Assembly (NCBI GenBank): GCA_964035575.1
Contig: OZ037839.1
Span: 558,001-622,000 of the forward strand
DNA: 64,000 nt
Origin: Rhynchopus sp. YZ270_cl-10
Taxonomy: Eukaryota
Reading direction: 5' to 3'
Below, one piece after another: positions 10,801 through 22,810 of this stretch. Made by a program: the position numbers and the translations under genes. The notes beneath the pieces were generated by a model. It did not search any database, was not told the DNA's origin, and saw nothing but the letters and a program-made list of their open reading frames with translations. Each line of letters opens with the position of its first letter. Within the stretch, counting starts at the first letter, position 1.

Positions 10801-12097
10801 TTTGTGTCTCTCTTCTGTTGGTGTTGTGGGGTGAGAGACTATATCAGGTGTGAAAATGGAAAAGCTGCCGCCAAAAATTTGACGAAAACAATGAAGAAAT
10901 GGTTATAAAGATGGCCCTAAGCCTAGCCACCTTGCAAAAATAAAAGGGGGGGAAGCAAAGTAGTAGCGTTTAAAAAGAAGAAGAGAGGAGCTTGCAGCAT
11001 TTTGTATTACCCAGTTTAGTGTCTCTGTTATCATCTTAGTATTTTTTCTTCGTTCGTTCCCTTTTTTGTTTTTTTTCTTTTTTTTGATAAATTGTTGAAG
11101 TAAAATAGTCTCAGTTGTGTTGCCACTGTTGGTGCAATCTCCGTTTTTTTTCTTTTTTTTGTTGGGAATCTGTTGTTTTAGCGGAGCTGTCTTTTTTTCA
11201 GTTTTTCACTATTTCGATACATCGCGGTGTTCGCTCTTTGAGATCCAAGCACAGAGAGGATGGCGCAATTTCTCTTTCATGCATATCCCTCACGGAGTGA
11301 AAGGGAAAACAAACATTTTCGTTTATTTTTTGTTCTGTCAACATCTCACCGAAGCACCCATTGTGGTAGGAAACTTCTGTCTGCCCTCCCTGACTCTTTT
11401 TCTCTTTCTTTGTTGTGTCGACAACCGCCTGCTTGGAACCCTCTTTTGCTTGACTTGAGACTCGTTCAACGAAATAATACATAAAATTAGTTTCACCGTT
11501 TCGTTCACGACATCCGTTCGTTTTGACCACCCCAGTAAAAAAAAAAAATGTAAATTAGGACAAAAACAAGGTACTCGACGCCCCACCCCCACCCCCACAC
11601 ACTCGCCCTTTTTGTAAAGGCACAAGCTGTTAGAATACTCTAAGTGTCTACCAACAAATATTGTTTAGTTTTAGACAGGAAAGACCTGCCACTGGTATTT
11701 AAAAAATAAAATTTGTACATGCCACTCACATTTTTTTTACAACCACATTGGCACCTTCTTTTTTATTGTAAACTCCTGCCACACTGCCATTTGTGGCATT
11801 CAGTTTGGTTATTTGCAATGACCATTTATCTTTGTATCCACAGCGGACCTAGTCAGGGAGGACTGCTAATGGAACTACTAGTTATAACGGCTACTGCTAA
11901 ACTTTTTTGTAGTGTTCCTGGTATAATACTAGTCGCGAAACAGTAGTCATTTGGACCAGCAGTACTACTGGTAGTCCCCCTGATTAGGTCTGCCGTATAT
12001 CCCCCCACACATCCCACTTTTATTTTTTTGCCATCTTTATTTTTTTTTTACAAAAAATTCTAAACACCCCTTCCCTTTGTCTACTTCCCCGACGTCA
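10801..12097. repeat. Intergenic segment duplicated at ~7769-9789
   Basis: Long near-identical stretches, e.g. 8071-8254 vs 11115-11305 and 8990-9770 vs 11306-12075. Confidence 0.85.
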
Positions 12098-13403
12098 GCA
12101 TGCCCAGAATGTTTGTGATACTGACGATCGAGTAGGGACGCTCCATCGAGTCCACAATGGCAGCACGGTGCAGCTTTTTGGTCGCACACTTTGCGAGGGT
12201 CTCCCAGAGAGTCATATCAGGGGTGAGGGTCACTGGCTTTTGCGGGTCTCCGTATCCTTCAATTGAGCTGAGGAGGACGGGGAAGGAGTTCATCCCTCTG
12301 AGATCCGAGGCTGCCAGGTGACGCACGATCTGCGAAGTGGACGGCTCAATCACGGAGAGCGAATGGGCGTTGTACTTCGCCATTTTGTGAAAGGCGTATA
12401 GCAGGGAGGAGGTGCGGTTCGTCACAACGACCTTCCTGCTGTCCAGCTTCAACTCCCTCAGGGTCTTCTTCGCCGAAGGCGATGCTGCCTTAACGTGCGC
12501 CTCCTTTGTGTACAAATACCGCAGCATGTCACTCTGGCTCACTAAAGCCTTCAGGTTTCCGTCTTCATTGAGCAGTACTACACGGTGAACTCTGCGGCCG
12601 TCTTGGGTTCTGCTTGTCAGAAATAACTCGAGAAGTTCTTGGACGCTCGCAGAGGCGCTGATGTGGGAGACTACGGAGCCGTCTGCGCCAGCGCGATTTG
12701 CGAGAACCTCAGAAATGCGTGTGCTCGACAGCGCCTCTTTTCCTTTCACTTCTAAGGCATGCCACGTTGCAGCGTCTGCAACCTCATCGCGTTTCGGCGT
12801 TTTCGTCTTCAAAATCTCTTCCGTTGTGAAAAGAGATACTATGAATTTGACCAAATCCAACATCTCAACCATATCGACATACTTCCCTTCTGTGTCAACC
12901 ACCGGCACTGCGAGGATCTTATGCTTCGACAGCAAGGCCAGCGCGCTGCCCACTGTCGTATCTTTGGAGACAATAATCAGCTGCTTTTCGATGTACCCAG
13001 CCGGGGCAAGCTCCTTCAGCATCTGCAAGATCGGGACCGTGAGGATTCCACCAAGGCTTTTCGCGTCCGGTTGGTGAACTGGAGACATCCCACCACGGAA
13101 ATACCCGGGAGATTGGTTGGTCGACACCGAAGGTGAACGGCCTCCGTATGCTGGCGATGCAGCGTAATTCGGCGATTTTGCGGAAGGGAGGGGTACCAGC
13201 TTCAGACGCTTTGCTGGGGACCGTGCCTGCTCTGCCGTGCGCTTGCCTGAGGTCGTCGTCGTAGTTGCGGAAGAGGAGGAGGAAGAGGAGGTCTGCGTGT
13301 TCTCAGTGTCCGCAACCTTCCCTGGGGACTGAACCGAAATCTGAGGCGGCTCGTCGTCAACCTTCCGCACCTTCGAGATTTTCAACCTAATTTTCGGCGC
13401 CAT
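12081..13403 (-). CDS. CBS-domain protein (AMPK/SNF1 gamma-subunit-like), 440 aa
   Basis: A disordered S/T/P-rich N-terminus precedes CBS-type motifs: ALALLSKHKILAVPVVD, VHRVVLLNEDGNLKALVSQSDMLRYL, AFHKMAKYNAHSLSVI, LHRAAIVD..SIVSITNIL. Confidence 0.82.
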   Translation of the reverse strand: MAPKIRLKISKVRKVDDEPPQISVQSPGKVADTENTQTSSSSSSSATTTTTSGKRTAEQARSPAKRLKLVPLPSAKSPNYAASPAYGGRSPSVSTNQSPGYFRGGMSPVHQPDAKSLGGILTVPILQMLKELAPAGYIEKQLIIVSKDTTVGSALALLSKHKILAVPVVDTEGKYVDMVEMLDLVKFIVSLFTTEEILKTKTPKRDEVADAATWHALEVKGKEALSSTRISEVLANRAGADGSVVSHISASASVQELLELFLTSRTQDGRRVHRVVLLNEDGNLKALVSQSDMLRYLYTKEAHVKAASPSAKKTLRELKLDSRKVVVTNRTSSLLYAFHKMAKYNAHSLSVIEPSTSQIVRHLAASDLRGMNSFPVLLSSIEGYGDPQKPVTLTPDMTLWETLAKCATKKLHRAAIVDSMERPYSIVSITNILGMLTSGK

Positions 13404-13775
13404 ATTTTATAAGAAAAATGTGTATTTTTCTGTGTTGTTTTTAGTAATATCTATGCGGGGTTATCGTGTGTGCTTGGAAAAGTTGGAAGGGTTGGAAATA
13501 CAAAGTCCTCTCGTGAACAGTGTACCCTTGGTGCACCGGGGTACCCCTACTATGCTATATCCTACATCCATTTTGAGGACTGAAAAAAAAACAAAAATAA
13601 GGTTTAAGGCAAAAATGAAAGGGAGGCGAAAGGGATGCTGTGTGGTCGTTGTCCTCAAAATGTCTGAAAATGAAATATTCTCACACAGGGCTAGGTGAAT
13701 AGGTAGAGGGCACAACGTAAATACCGATGCAACGCAGGATCGCAACAGACCTTTGCATAGTGGACGGCACACCAC

Positions 13776-14858
13776 TCAGTAGGGGAACAGATGCCTTGTC
13801 GAAAGGGCGGAACTGTTTGATGACTCAAACATAACCACGCGTGAACACGGCGATATGACAAACGCACCGTAGACCTGCCGTATCATACGCACACATGACA
13901 TGGTCGCGACATCGTACTGGTGGAGTGCAGTATATTCGCCTCCGTCACCCCCCTCCTCAAACTCAACCACGAGATACTTCCCACACGGAGTGAACTGCAC
14001 CCCCAAGGCGCAACACTGCTCCTCCTTAAAGCTGCCAAGAGCCGCACCACTCCAGTCATAGAGCCGCATTTCGTTAGGGAAACCCACAGCAAAGACAGAG
14101 GCAGACCGTGAAAGTGCCACAAAGCCCTTATCCGCAGGCACACATGCCACAGATTCACCTCTGTTCACATCCCACAGGCGCGCGTTCCCCGTGGAGGAGG
14201 AGGAGAGCACCCACCCACCACAGTCCGACACCGCAACGGCACTACATCCTTCATGCGAGAGAGAGCGGAGCAACGTCAGGTCTTCGTCATACACAGAAAC
14301 GCCGTCGTCACCCTTCGAGACAACAACACTGCCGCACGCAAACACTGCGGACGAGGGGCCGTCAACTGTGCGGAGCACCTCCCCATCCGGAAGCGCAACC
14401 TCGGCAAGACGTTGCTCAAACGCCAGGTAGCAGCGTGTCTTGCACCGTGAGATGGCAGGTGGAAACAACACATGGTCCTCTACGGTGAAGTGCTCAAAGG
14501 CAGTGTCGAAGGTTTCTGTGTCAAAGCCATGAACATGCCGCCCACGCACGCAATAGAGACACAGCGACCCACAACGCGAGAGTGACAACATACAGTATTC
14601 CCGTACATTGTACTCAGCAGGACACTTGATGTCGGCAAAGCGGCGGGCAAGCACAACCTGCACCCCTGCATCAAACGCAGTGTCCTGCAGACGGCACGTC
14701 CCCTCCAGCACCTCAGTGCCGATGCGCATCTCGACAGACGCAGGCGAGACAGCAAGCGCCGTGCACGCAACCTCCTTTGCCGCTGCAGCGTTCCCCTCGC
14801 ACGGCACCTCCACTGTCGCAGTCACGCCTGACTCTTCCAGCACAAAGGTCACATCCAT
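13776..14858 (-). CDS. Ubl-domain + WD40/beta-propeller-like protein (360 aa), intact
   Basis: The start Met is taken from alignment with the 2904 paralog. Blade-like motifs: AVAVSDCGGWVLSSS..ARLWDV, VQFTPCGKYLVV, FVISPCSRVVMF. Confidence 0.78.
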   Translation of the reverse strand: MDVTFVLEESGVTATVEVPCEGNAAAAKEVACTALAVSPASVEMRIGTEVLEGTCRLQDTAFDAGVQVVLARRFADIKCPAEYNVREYCMLSLSRCGSLCLYCVRGRHVHGFDTETFDTAFEHFTVEDHVLFPPAISRCKTRCYLAFEQRLAEVALPDGEVLRTVDGPSSAVFACGSVVVSKGDDGVSVYDEDLTLLRSLSHEGCSAVAVSDCGGWVLSSSSTGNARLWDVNRGESVACVPADKGFVALSRSASVFAVGFPNEMRLYDWSGAALGSFKEEQCCALGVQFTPCGKYLVVEFEEGGDGGEYTALHQYDVATMSCVRMIRQVYGAFVISPCSRVVMFESSNSSALSTRHLFPY

Positions 14859-16528
14859 TGTTTTGTAAAAAAAGTTGGTAAACTGCGGAAAACGCAAAAC
14901 AAACTCGCGAACAAAAAAAGTGTTTTTTTCTGCGAAGTGTGTGTGGGGGAGAATAAAACGTTACAAAAAAACCTCCACTATCATTTTGCAAGCTTCATTT
15001 CCGTTTTGGTTTTCTCTTCACAGAAAAATAATAAAACCTACATTCTTGAACTCTTCTACACGACGTGATTTTCATTGGACGCATCCCCTTTTTTGAAACG
15101 CTAATAACTTTTTGGCTCCCCTCTGTAAGTGTTGGTTGAATTAGAATAGGAGCACAAACAAAGGGCAATGAAAGGAAAACAATGAGTACAAGAACAAGAT
15201 AGAAGAGCCAGTATTTACTTTTACGAACTACACACACAATTCCAATCATTCGAACCGAAGACGCCCAAACATTTCGGTTTGCTATTTCCTTACAACCGTT
15301 TCGTCTGTCGTAAGCTAAGCTTGTAGGAATAAAAAATAAAACTCTTCCTTTTTTAGATAGATATTCAGTAAAAAGAAACGAAAACAAGGAAAAAAAGAGA
15401 GAAAGTTTTTTCGTTGATCGCTCGAATTAGTGTCCCTGAGTGAATGAATCTGGGGAGTAATTCGGCAAGCACTATCTAAAAACAGAGTTTTATTTTTATA
15501 TGACGATTCTCGTATATTCAAAAAAAAAAATCGGGTTTTTTGTAGGCAAAACTCGGTTAGAAAGTTATTGCCGTGTCTCTTACCGTGCTCTTTGTCGTTA
15601 AGTTTCGTATCAATCTTTTGTTGTTTTATTGTCGTTATGTATTACGGGGATGGGGAAGTGAAGCAATATGTACCTCAGCCTCTTGTACAAAGGCACCTTC
15701 AAAAACAAAAATGATGTGGCTCCAAACCTGCCTTTTGCACCACAAAAGAAGTACCAAAGATGTACAAAATGGCTACGGTAATATTTTCAACTACACAAAA
15801 ATAGAAAAATACAGTCGACCCCCAAAAAACAGAAGAATCTCTCCCAGGGGGCCAAACAAAAAGTTCTGTTGCAGTGATCAGCAGAACATTTTTTTTTTGG
15901 CAATGCACTGCTTAAGGAAAAGATACTAATGGCCAACTGTTTCCAGCGCATAACGCCAAAAGGCTTTCCCCTGGATGGCAAATGAAATCAAAAGCAAATG
16001 AGACGCGTTACTTTCTCTTTTTGAAAGCATTTGAACAACGACATGGAGTGCCACTTGGAACAAATGGCAGCCCGACGCCTTTGTGATTGAGTCCAGGGGA
16101 TTGGTTTGTTGTTGGTTTGAAGATGTCGTATACGAAATATAAAGCAGTGCACAATTCAAGACAATGTTACTTTGTACTACGGAAGGTATAGACGTAGATC
16201 GTCCTCAACCCTTGAGAGTACCTTTTGTTTCTTCACACATTTCACTGTTTCCAATTTCACGGTGTTTTTTTTCTCTTTTTTCTTTCTTTGAAAAATTGTG
16301 GGAATAGTGTAGTTGCCACCTGTGCAAGGTTCACTTTCCCTTTGTTCTTTCTTTTTGCCAAACTATAACTCATTAAAAGCGACCCCAAAAAACAGAAAAA
16401 GTTCTTCCATTTTTTAAATATTGTACAGCATGCTCTGCCCCCAAGAGGAAACGAAACACCTATCACGCAGCATGCTGGGTCGCACTGCGTTTCGGACTGG
16501 GCTTACGACTTCCTCTGCTGGCCGTTCC

Positions 16529-18148
16529 TCACTGTGCTCGACACAACATCGCTGCAGCCTGTCCCAGACCCTGACCCTCCAAATACCCTTGCTTGCCATG
16601 CTCCTGTTTGCCCAGTTCCTGCTTGTCCTCGTCCTCTTTTGCTTGCATCGAACCGTCTCCTTCTTGTCCTGCTTTCAATGCAATACATTGTCTTGCACTT
16701 CCAGACACGTCTGTTCGTACCAGAGCTTCTGTCCGCACACCTCCGAACTGTTCCGTAAACCTTGCGTAAATGTCACGCACACGTACATGGAAGGTCTTCG
16801 TGACGCCAAAGCCATGGTTCTCTTGGGCTTCATTCGGGAGAGACATCTCGTGAATGTCGATGTTGCCTGGCAAGACGACTGTTGTGAGTGCGTTGCAGTT
16901 GTGCAGGAAGCCGTACTCTATCTCTGTGTCAGTGCCGATACCTGATATGTCCAGCGTGGTCAAGGATGTGCACTCTTGCAGGAAAGATTCACAAATGTTC
17001 TCAACATTGCTCAGTCCTGATAAGTCTGCTGTTGTCAACGCGGAGCACTCTTGCACCCAGTTTTGCTCAATGCGCGCGATGCTGCGCAGCACTGATAAAT
17101 CGACTGTTTTCAATGATGAGCAGTGACTAAGAAAGCTGTGCCCAATGTCTGTGGCATTTCCAAAAGCTGAAAGGTCGATACTTGTCAGCGAGGTGCACCT
17201 CGTAAGAAAGCCGTACCCTACCTTCACAACCCCGCGCAATGCTGTCAAGTCAATCGTTTCCAACGAGGTGCAGTCAGTACAAAAGTTGTTCGTAAGTTCC
17301 GTCACATTCGTCATCCCTGAAAAGCTGATGGCGGTCAACGACGTGCAGTTGAAGAGAAATCCGGAGCCGATCTTCGTGACACTGCAAAAAGCTGATAAAT
17401 CAACGGTTGCCAACGAGGTGCAGCTCGACAGGAAGCTGTCCTCAATGTGCGTGATTCTGCGCCATCCTGAGATGTCAAGACTTTGCAACGAGCTGCAGCG
17501 GTGGAGGAAGTGCCTACCAACCGTCGTCACGCTCGTCATATGGGATAAGTCAAGCTTTGTTACGCCACTTCCTTTGAGGAACCTGTTCTCTATCACCCTC
17601 ACACCAGTGAACCCTGACACGTCAAGGCTTGTCAACGATGTGCAGTCAAAGAGACAGTCATTCCCGATGTGCGTAACGTTGCACAATCCCGACAAGTCAA
17701 CGGTTTCCACCGACCTACACGCGAAGAGGAAGCCATGCTCAATTCGCGTCACACCAGACACAGCAGAGAGATCAAGTCTCGTAAACGATGCTCTGCACAA
17801 GAACCCAGCAGGAATAACAGTCGCAACCTCCGCCTGAAGAAGCAGAGAAGCCACCTCAGGATTCTTCACATCCGCCAACCTCGCTTCGGAAATGTCTGTC
17901 TCACCCAAGGCACGAAGTTCCTCAACGGATTGGTACTTAGTAGTTTTCGTCAACACGACAGAGTCTCCAGCACTCAGTTCTGTGATGTCCTCTCCTTCCT
18001 CCTTCCCTCCGAAGCCCATGTGGAAGCTGTCTTCGGCCAACCCTGTTGCAAACGCCACCTTCTGCCGCATCGTCTCCGTTGTGTCCTTCTCACCCACCTC
18101 AATCACGACTTTGTTTGCATCATCATATCCCTGCACACACAGTTCCAT
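16529..18148 (-). CDS. Longer divergent Ubl-LRR protein (~539 aa; ends CRAQ)
   Basis: MELCVQGYDD..IEVGEKDTTETMRQKVA..GFGGKEEGEDITELSAGDSVVL is near-identical to the Ubl of copies 1-4. About 14 25-aa LRRs follow. The start is set by homology. Confidence 0.85.
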   Translation of the reverse strand: MELCVQGYDDANKVVIEVGEKDTTETMRQKVAFATGLAEDSFHMGFGGKEEGEDITELSAGDSVVLTKTTKYQSVEELRALGETDISEARLADVKNPEVASLLLQAEVATVIPAGFLCRASFTRLDLSAVSGVTRIEHGFLFACRSVETVDLSGLCNVTHIGNDCLFDCTSLTSLDVSGFTGVRVIENRFLKGSGVTKLDLSHMTSVTTVGRHFLHRCSSLQSLDISGWRRITHIEDSFLSSCTSLATVDLSAFCSVTKIGSGFLFNCTSLTAISFSGMTNVTELTNNFCTDCTSLETIDLTALRGVVKVGYGFLTRCTSLTSIDLSAFGNATDIGHSFLSHCSSLKTVDLSVLRSIARIEQNWVQECSALTTADLSGLSNVENICESFLQECTSLTTLDISGIGTDTEIEYGFLHNCNALTTVVLPGNIDIHEMSLPNEAQENHGFGVTKTFHVRVRDIYARFTEQFGGVRTEALVRTDVSGSARQCIALKAGQEGDGSMQAKEDEDKQELGKQEHGKQGYLEGQGLGQAAAMLCRAQ

Positions 18149-18301
18149 TGTTTCGAGTGGAGTGTTTGCTCTGTTGTGGGGGAAGACTAAGTGTTGAGAA
18201 GGAGGCAGGTAAATAGTTGCTTTGTTGTACTTTTCATTTTTTGAGCTGCTGTGGTTCTGGATGTGCAGAACAGTCACAGGGGAGATGGCTTTCTCTTGCA
18301 T

Positions 18302-18359
18302 CAGGCCGTACCGTTAACCGCAATAGGTCTCCCAGGCTAAAAGCCTCTGGCCGACAGAA

Positions 18360-18405
<46 letters not shown>

Positions 18406-18425
18406 AAAGGATTGGCTCCGAGGGT
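18302..18425 (+). rRNA. Orphan fragment of LSU (28S-type) rRNA, not a complete gene
   Basis: Contains the conserved LSU core GAACAATGTAGGTAAGGGAAGTCGGCAAA..GATCCGTAACTTCGGGAAAAGGATTGGCTC. The sequence to ~18545 may be an adjoining expansion segment. Confidence 0.85.
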
Positions 18426-20102
18426 ACGTGTAGATTGCTACAGGGTTCGCGTTAGTATAGGGTTGATGTGGCTGCGGTCGCGCTCTCGGGTGCAACTGCG
18501 GCCTCTGATTCTCTAGAGGGTTCGCGTCAGTAGGTCCAGCCACCGTATCAAGCTAATATTCTGCTTTCTGCAGTATCCGTGGAAAAGAAGCCGCTTGATA
18601 TTGAGTTGCTCTACCGTACTACAAGGGGTGGTTTTTTTGGGGGGGGATTCAAATAAACGAAATAGAAGAAGCCATTTTTGTTTCTCTTTTTCCAAAACAA
18701 TGACAAAAGTATAAACATATTGACCGCAGAAAGGTCTCTTTTAGCTTCTGCCCCACTGCAGTGTTGCTATGGAAATAGCAACGCGACAGCAGTGGGATCA
18801 CTTAAACAAAGTTGACTTGAAATTCAAAAGCCCTCTCATGACAGTGTACTTTGGTACGCCATTGGGGTGGACCCCCAACGCAGTCCTACATCAATTTTGA
18901 ACAAAGCAGGCGGTGTTGGGGGGACACCAGTGGGGGAGGTGTGTGGGTAGTGGGTGGGTATCGGCAACTCTAACTTAGGGTTCACATTCCCGGGCATTGC
19001 CTTGCCTTAGCTGCAAACAGGCAGTCACCAGTGGAGCTGAGTGGCTGCCAAAAAAGCTGCCCCTCAGCGTCACAGCTACATCGCAGTTACCGTGGAAAGA
19101 AAAAAGGTAAAGTTGAGAGTGACGCCGAGGGAGAAAAAAAGGGGGAAGGAGGGGGGTGTGCGCACAATGTGTACACGGGGGTACTCCTACTCAGAGCTGT
19201 CAAAACGCTCCGTACTATAGGGATTGGAACGGTCGCCTCCCTAAAAAGAGAGAGAGATCCTGCACAGCAACGTCGCCACTGTTCGTGGGATGCGCAAAAA
19301 AAAACTGTGTGCGTGCGTCGATCGATCACTGACAAAAGGGGGGAAATGTGGCAAACAAAATGGCTCTAAGGCTCTCATGCTTGGTCAACCCTTACAGTTA
19401 CAGTCCTACAGCAAAACGCCAAAAAAAAAAATAGATTTTAGTTTTTACCCCTCCCGTGCTTTGTTGTGTGGTTGTGTGTGAGTATTACAGAGGTTTCTTA
19501 GGTAGAGGAGGCTAGAGAACAGACAGGAGGAGCTGAGATGAGGAGACTCTTTCACATTACAGTCAATAAAACAAAATAATACTACTGTAGTACAGTGTCA
19601 ATATCTATCTTCACCTCAACACAGGACAAGATGGAAAATGAAATCTTAACGTACACTCTCTGTTGATTCTAAAACGGGGGAGGGTAAAAAAGCGCGAAAG
19701 GTAAATTGGGGAAGAGGTTGAAAAGTTGGAACGCTTCCTCACCCCAGATCACACTCACACAATTTAAAAAAAAATAAAACTCCTCTCGAATTTGTTCAAG
19801 ATTGAACTGAGAGAAAGAAGAAACCCCAAACCCTCCCAGACCAAACGGTCTAACCTGTTGTATTGACATAGTGTGGGGAGAATGAGGAGCACAAGAATCG
19901 TCTTCGCGCATACTAAAAGATTTCCTACGATATGTCACAAGTGTCATGTCACCGAAAAAAAAAAAAGGGAGGTGATTTTTGTTAGTTGTACGCTTTCCAC
20001 GAACTACAGATGGATGATGTGAGAAGGGAGGAGCACAAAAAATGAGGGTGAAAAAAAAAAAAACAGTTAGCGAGCGACCGGGAGCATTTACCGCCCTGGA
20101 TC

Positions 20103-20177
20103 CATACAATGCAACGAGGCCGGGTACAGCCTGAAAATGCTCATGTCGAGGCCGACTCAGCCTCGTTGCATTGTATG
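20103..20177. repeat. 75-bp hairpin / mini-TIR element
   Basis: Perfect 18-bp IR: catacaatgcaacgaggc / gcctcgttgcattgtatg. Confidence 0.7.
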
Positions 20178-21164
20178 CCTGTCTTACTGCGTTTGACCTC
20201 TAATAAAAAGAAGCAAAAATCAAAGTTAGCTTGAAATACAAAGCCTTCTCGCGAACAGTGAACCTCCGTATCAAATGGGGGCAGTTAACCAAGGTCTTTC
20301 CAAAATCATGTTTGGTCGTTTTGCAAACGCCTTAAACCAGATGAAGCGCAACGATCCCCTGCCGAGGCTATAATAGATTACCCTATGTTCTAGGGAACAC
20401 GAATCGCCACACATATTGTGGAAGATTCTGGATATTTTCCAAGAAAAAATCCAACATCTGGAAAACAAATTTTCCCCGCATTATAAACAAAAACGCATAA
20501 CAATAGAGATAAAAACGTCTAGACAAGCATGCGAGGGAAGTCAGACAGCACCCTTGCTTGGAAACCCAAAAAAGGGAAGTTGGAAGTGCAAATGCCTCAC
20601 CGTTCATAGGCGGACACAGGCACTGGTTCTCCGTGGGGTTATCGAACCCCAGAGAGCACTTCGTTGCGATGCAGCGCAAATGATCGTGGAGAAACACAAA
20701 AAATATATATTAAAGTTTTGCTACGACCCTCAGTAGACCCTTTAAATAAATGGGGAGAAGAGGAGGAGGAGGGGGAGGAGAGGGGACACAAAGAAAAGAA
20801 TCGTCTAGCTAACAGACCTGATACGCAACAGATGTATAATAAAAATACCTCCCCTTCACACACACACACACACATTTTGGAACCTTGGTATTTGCCAGGA
20901 TATGGGATGACCAAGGGCACCCTCAAATGTTTTAGCCAAAGCCTTTTGTACGGAAGGTATAAACCAAATTTTAGCAACTTTTACAAAAGGAACCTTCCAA
21001 CGGAAGTCCGTCGGCGGGGATATGATCTGTTTTCAATTTTGAAGGGACCCACCCTTTCTTTCCAAAAATTTCTTTTTGGTTTTTTAAAACAATTCTACAG
21101 TGTCAATAACTATCTTCACAACACAGAAAAAAATTGGAAAACGAAATAGGGGGAGAGTTTGTTA

Positions 21165-21586
21165 CAGGGGGGTAGCCAAATAAAAGGGGCGCCGCTCTTA
21201 TTCGGCGTGCCTAATCGCAAAGTATTGGGTTTTCCGAGCTTTCGGGGTCAACTTGGGGGGCCCTGTACAAAACCTTAAGGGGGGTCCAAAAAAAATTTTC
21301 CCGCCAATTTTTGCCCACAAAAAAGTCATTTCTGAGCGCAAAGTGACCCCATCACAGCACGCACAGACTCCCGAGAATCAAAAAAAAAAAATTTTTTTTT
21401 TCGATTTTTTGTGGGCAAAAATCGGTCGAAAATTTTTTCAGGCCCCCAACCAGTACCTCCCTTAAGACTTTGTACAGGAGGGGGTGCCCCTCTTATTTTC
21501 CAGAGTTCGCCAGATCCCAGGGTGCCGCTCTTATTACCCCTGCCGCTCTTATTCGGCATGCCGCTCTTAATAAGCCCCCCCCCCTG
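21165..21586. mobile_element. TA-flanked MITE (Tc1/mariner-type TSD)
   Basis: TA|cagggggg...cccccctg|TA with internal GCCGCTCTTATT repeats. An empty-site homolog (gggggagggtttgt-TA-gttgtacgcttcca) is at ~34151-34180. Confidence 0.8.
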
Positions 21587-21625
21587 TAGTTGTACGCTTC
21601 CACAGAACCCTCACAATATTTTTTT

Positions 21626-22810
21626 TCAACGAGTTGCATGGAACTTTCTTCTTGCGAGGGGTGGGAGGGGGTTGGTTGTGATGTTGGCAGAGTGGGGTTT
21701 TGGGGCACTTGCATCTGGGGAAAAGGCCGCTGTCGGACGCGCAACCATTGTACCACTGAGCTGCGCAGACTTGCCGTTCCTGCGGGCATGCAGAGGGCCC
21801 AGGTCTATACCCGCCAGCACCGCTACACCACGCCGAATACGCATCACCGCGGTCACAGCACAACGTGAGCACGTCACCTCCTTGCAGGATGGGTCCAGCG
21901 TACGCACAACCTCGAGATGCGAGTGGTCGCACATCCGCTGCAGTGGGGTGGCCTCGCAGCTCCGCTTCAGCTCCTTCCGGTACAGCGCCACCCTCGCCTC
22001 GGCGCCTTCTTCGCTTTCCTGCCGCTTTGCGGGGTGTGCCTTCGCCCACTCCTCCAACCCTTTGCTGCTGCTGTCAATCGCATTCAATCCTTCCAGCAGC
22101 TCATCCACCTGCACGGCCCCTTCTTCAGGAGATGTTGCGTACTCTTCACATAGTCTGGTTTGCAGCTCGGTGCAGCCTTTGGCCGTAGGCGTTCGAGAAA
22201 CGCAGCAAAGCAGTCTGCAGCGGACCCGGTAGTCCCGTATATTTTCGTCGACCCCCCCGAGGCGTTCGAAATGGATTTTCCATAGTGCCTGAACGTCGAA
22301 GGCGGAGAATAATGTCTTGTTTGTGCTTAGCAATGTGTAGTGTTCCCGTAGGGTTAAAAAGGGAGTCAAATGGGTGGCCAGGTCTGTGAGGAAGAGGGGC
22401 GCCTTGTGGTGGGGGAGCGGTGGGGACGGCGGGAGGCTCGCGGGCTCTGGGGGTGCTGGGGTGTTCGGGACGGAGGAGGCGGAGAGGCTGGCGTTCTCGC
22501 TGCTGTTGCTCCAGGTGGCTTGCAGGTCTTCTTCTGTGTCGGTGGTGGTGGTGGTCGTCGTGGTGGTGGCGTGAGTGGTAGCTCCACGTGTCCCCCCACG
22601 GCTCAACAACCGCCGCAAAGAAGCGACAGAGTTCATCTCACCCGATGCAGCCCGTTGCTTACCAGGATGCGTCGTGTCCATGTGTCCAGGTGTGTCCCCC
22701 GGTGCATCGTCCGGTGCGTCGTCCTCCATCTCTATGACAATCGGGGTGGCCTGAACAGGAGACATCATCGCGATGGAATACATTCCTGACAGCGCGCGGT
22801 CTCGCGTCAT
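21626..22810 (-). CDS. Putative F-box-like protein (394 aa)
   Basis: GC-rich ORF. A disordered N-terminus precedes LTDLATHLTPFLTLREHYTLLSTNKTLF...LWKIHF (F-box-like pattern) and a Cys/His-containing C-terminal part. The 3' end is uncertain. Confidence 0.55.
   Translation of the reverse strand: MTRDRALSGMYSIAMMSPVQATPIVIEMEDDAPDDAPGDTPGHMDTTHPGKQRAASGEMNSVASLRRLLSRGGTRGATTHATTTTTTTTTDTEEDLQATWSNSSENASLSASSVPNTPAPPEPASLPPSPPLPHHKAPLFLTDLATHLTPFLTLREHYTLLSTNKTLFSAFDVQALWKIHFERLGGVDENIRDYRVRCRLLCCVSRTPTAKGCTELQTRLCEEYATSPEEGAVQVDELLEGLNAIDSSSKGLEEWAKAHPAKRQESEEGAEARVALYRKELKRSCEATPLQRMCDHSHLEVVRTLDPSCKEVTCSRCAVTAVMRIRRGVAVLAGIDLGPLHARRNGKSAQLSGTMVARPTAAFSPDASAPKPHSANITTNPLPPLARRKFHATR

Noticed and set aside
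18302..18545. Functional rDNA unit
   Set aside because: Only ~120-240 bp, with no other rRNA domains adjacent.
21171..21181. ggtagccaaat resembling the R2 28S target site
   Set aside because: An 11-bp match inside a MITE end, with no retroelement ORF or surrounding rRNA.
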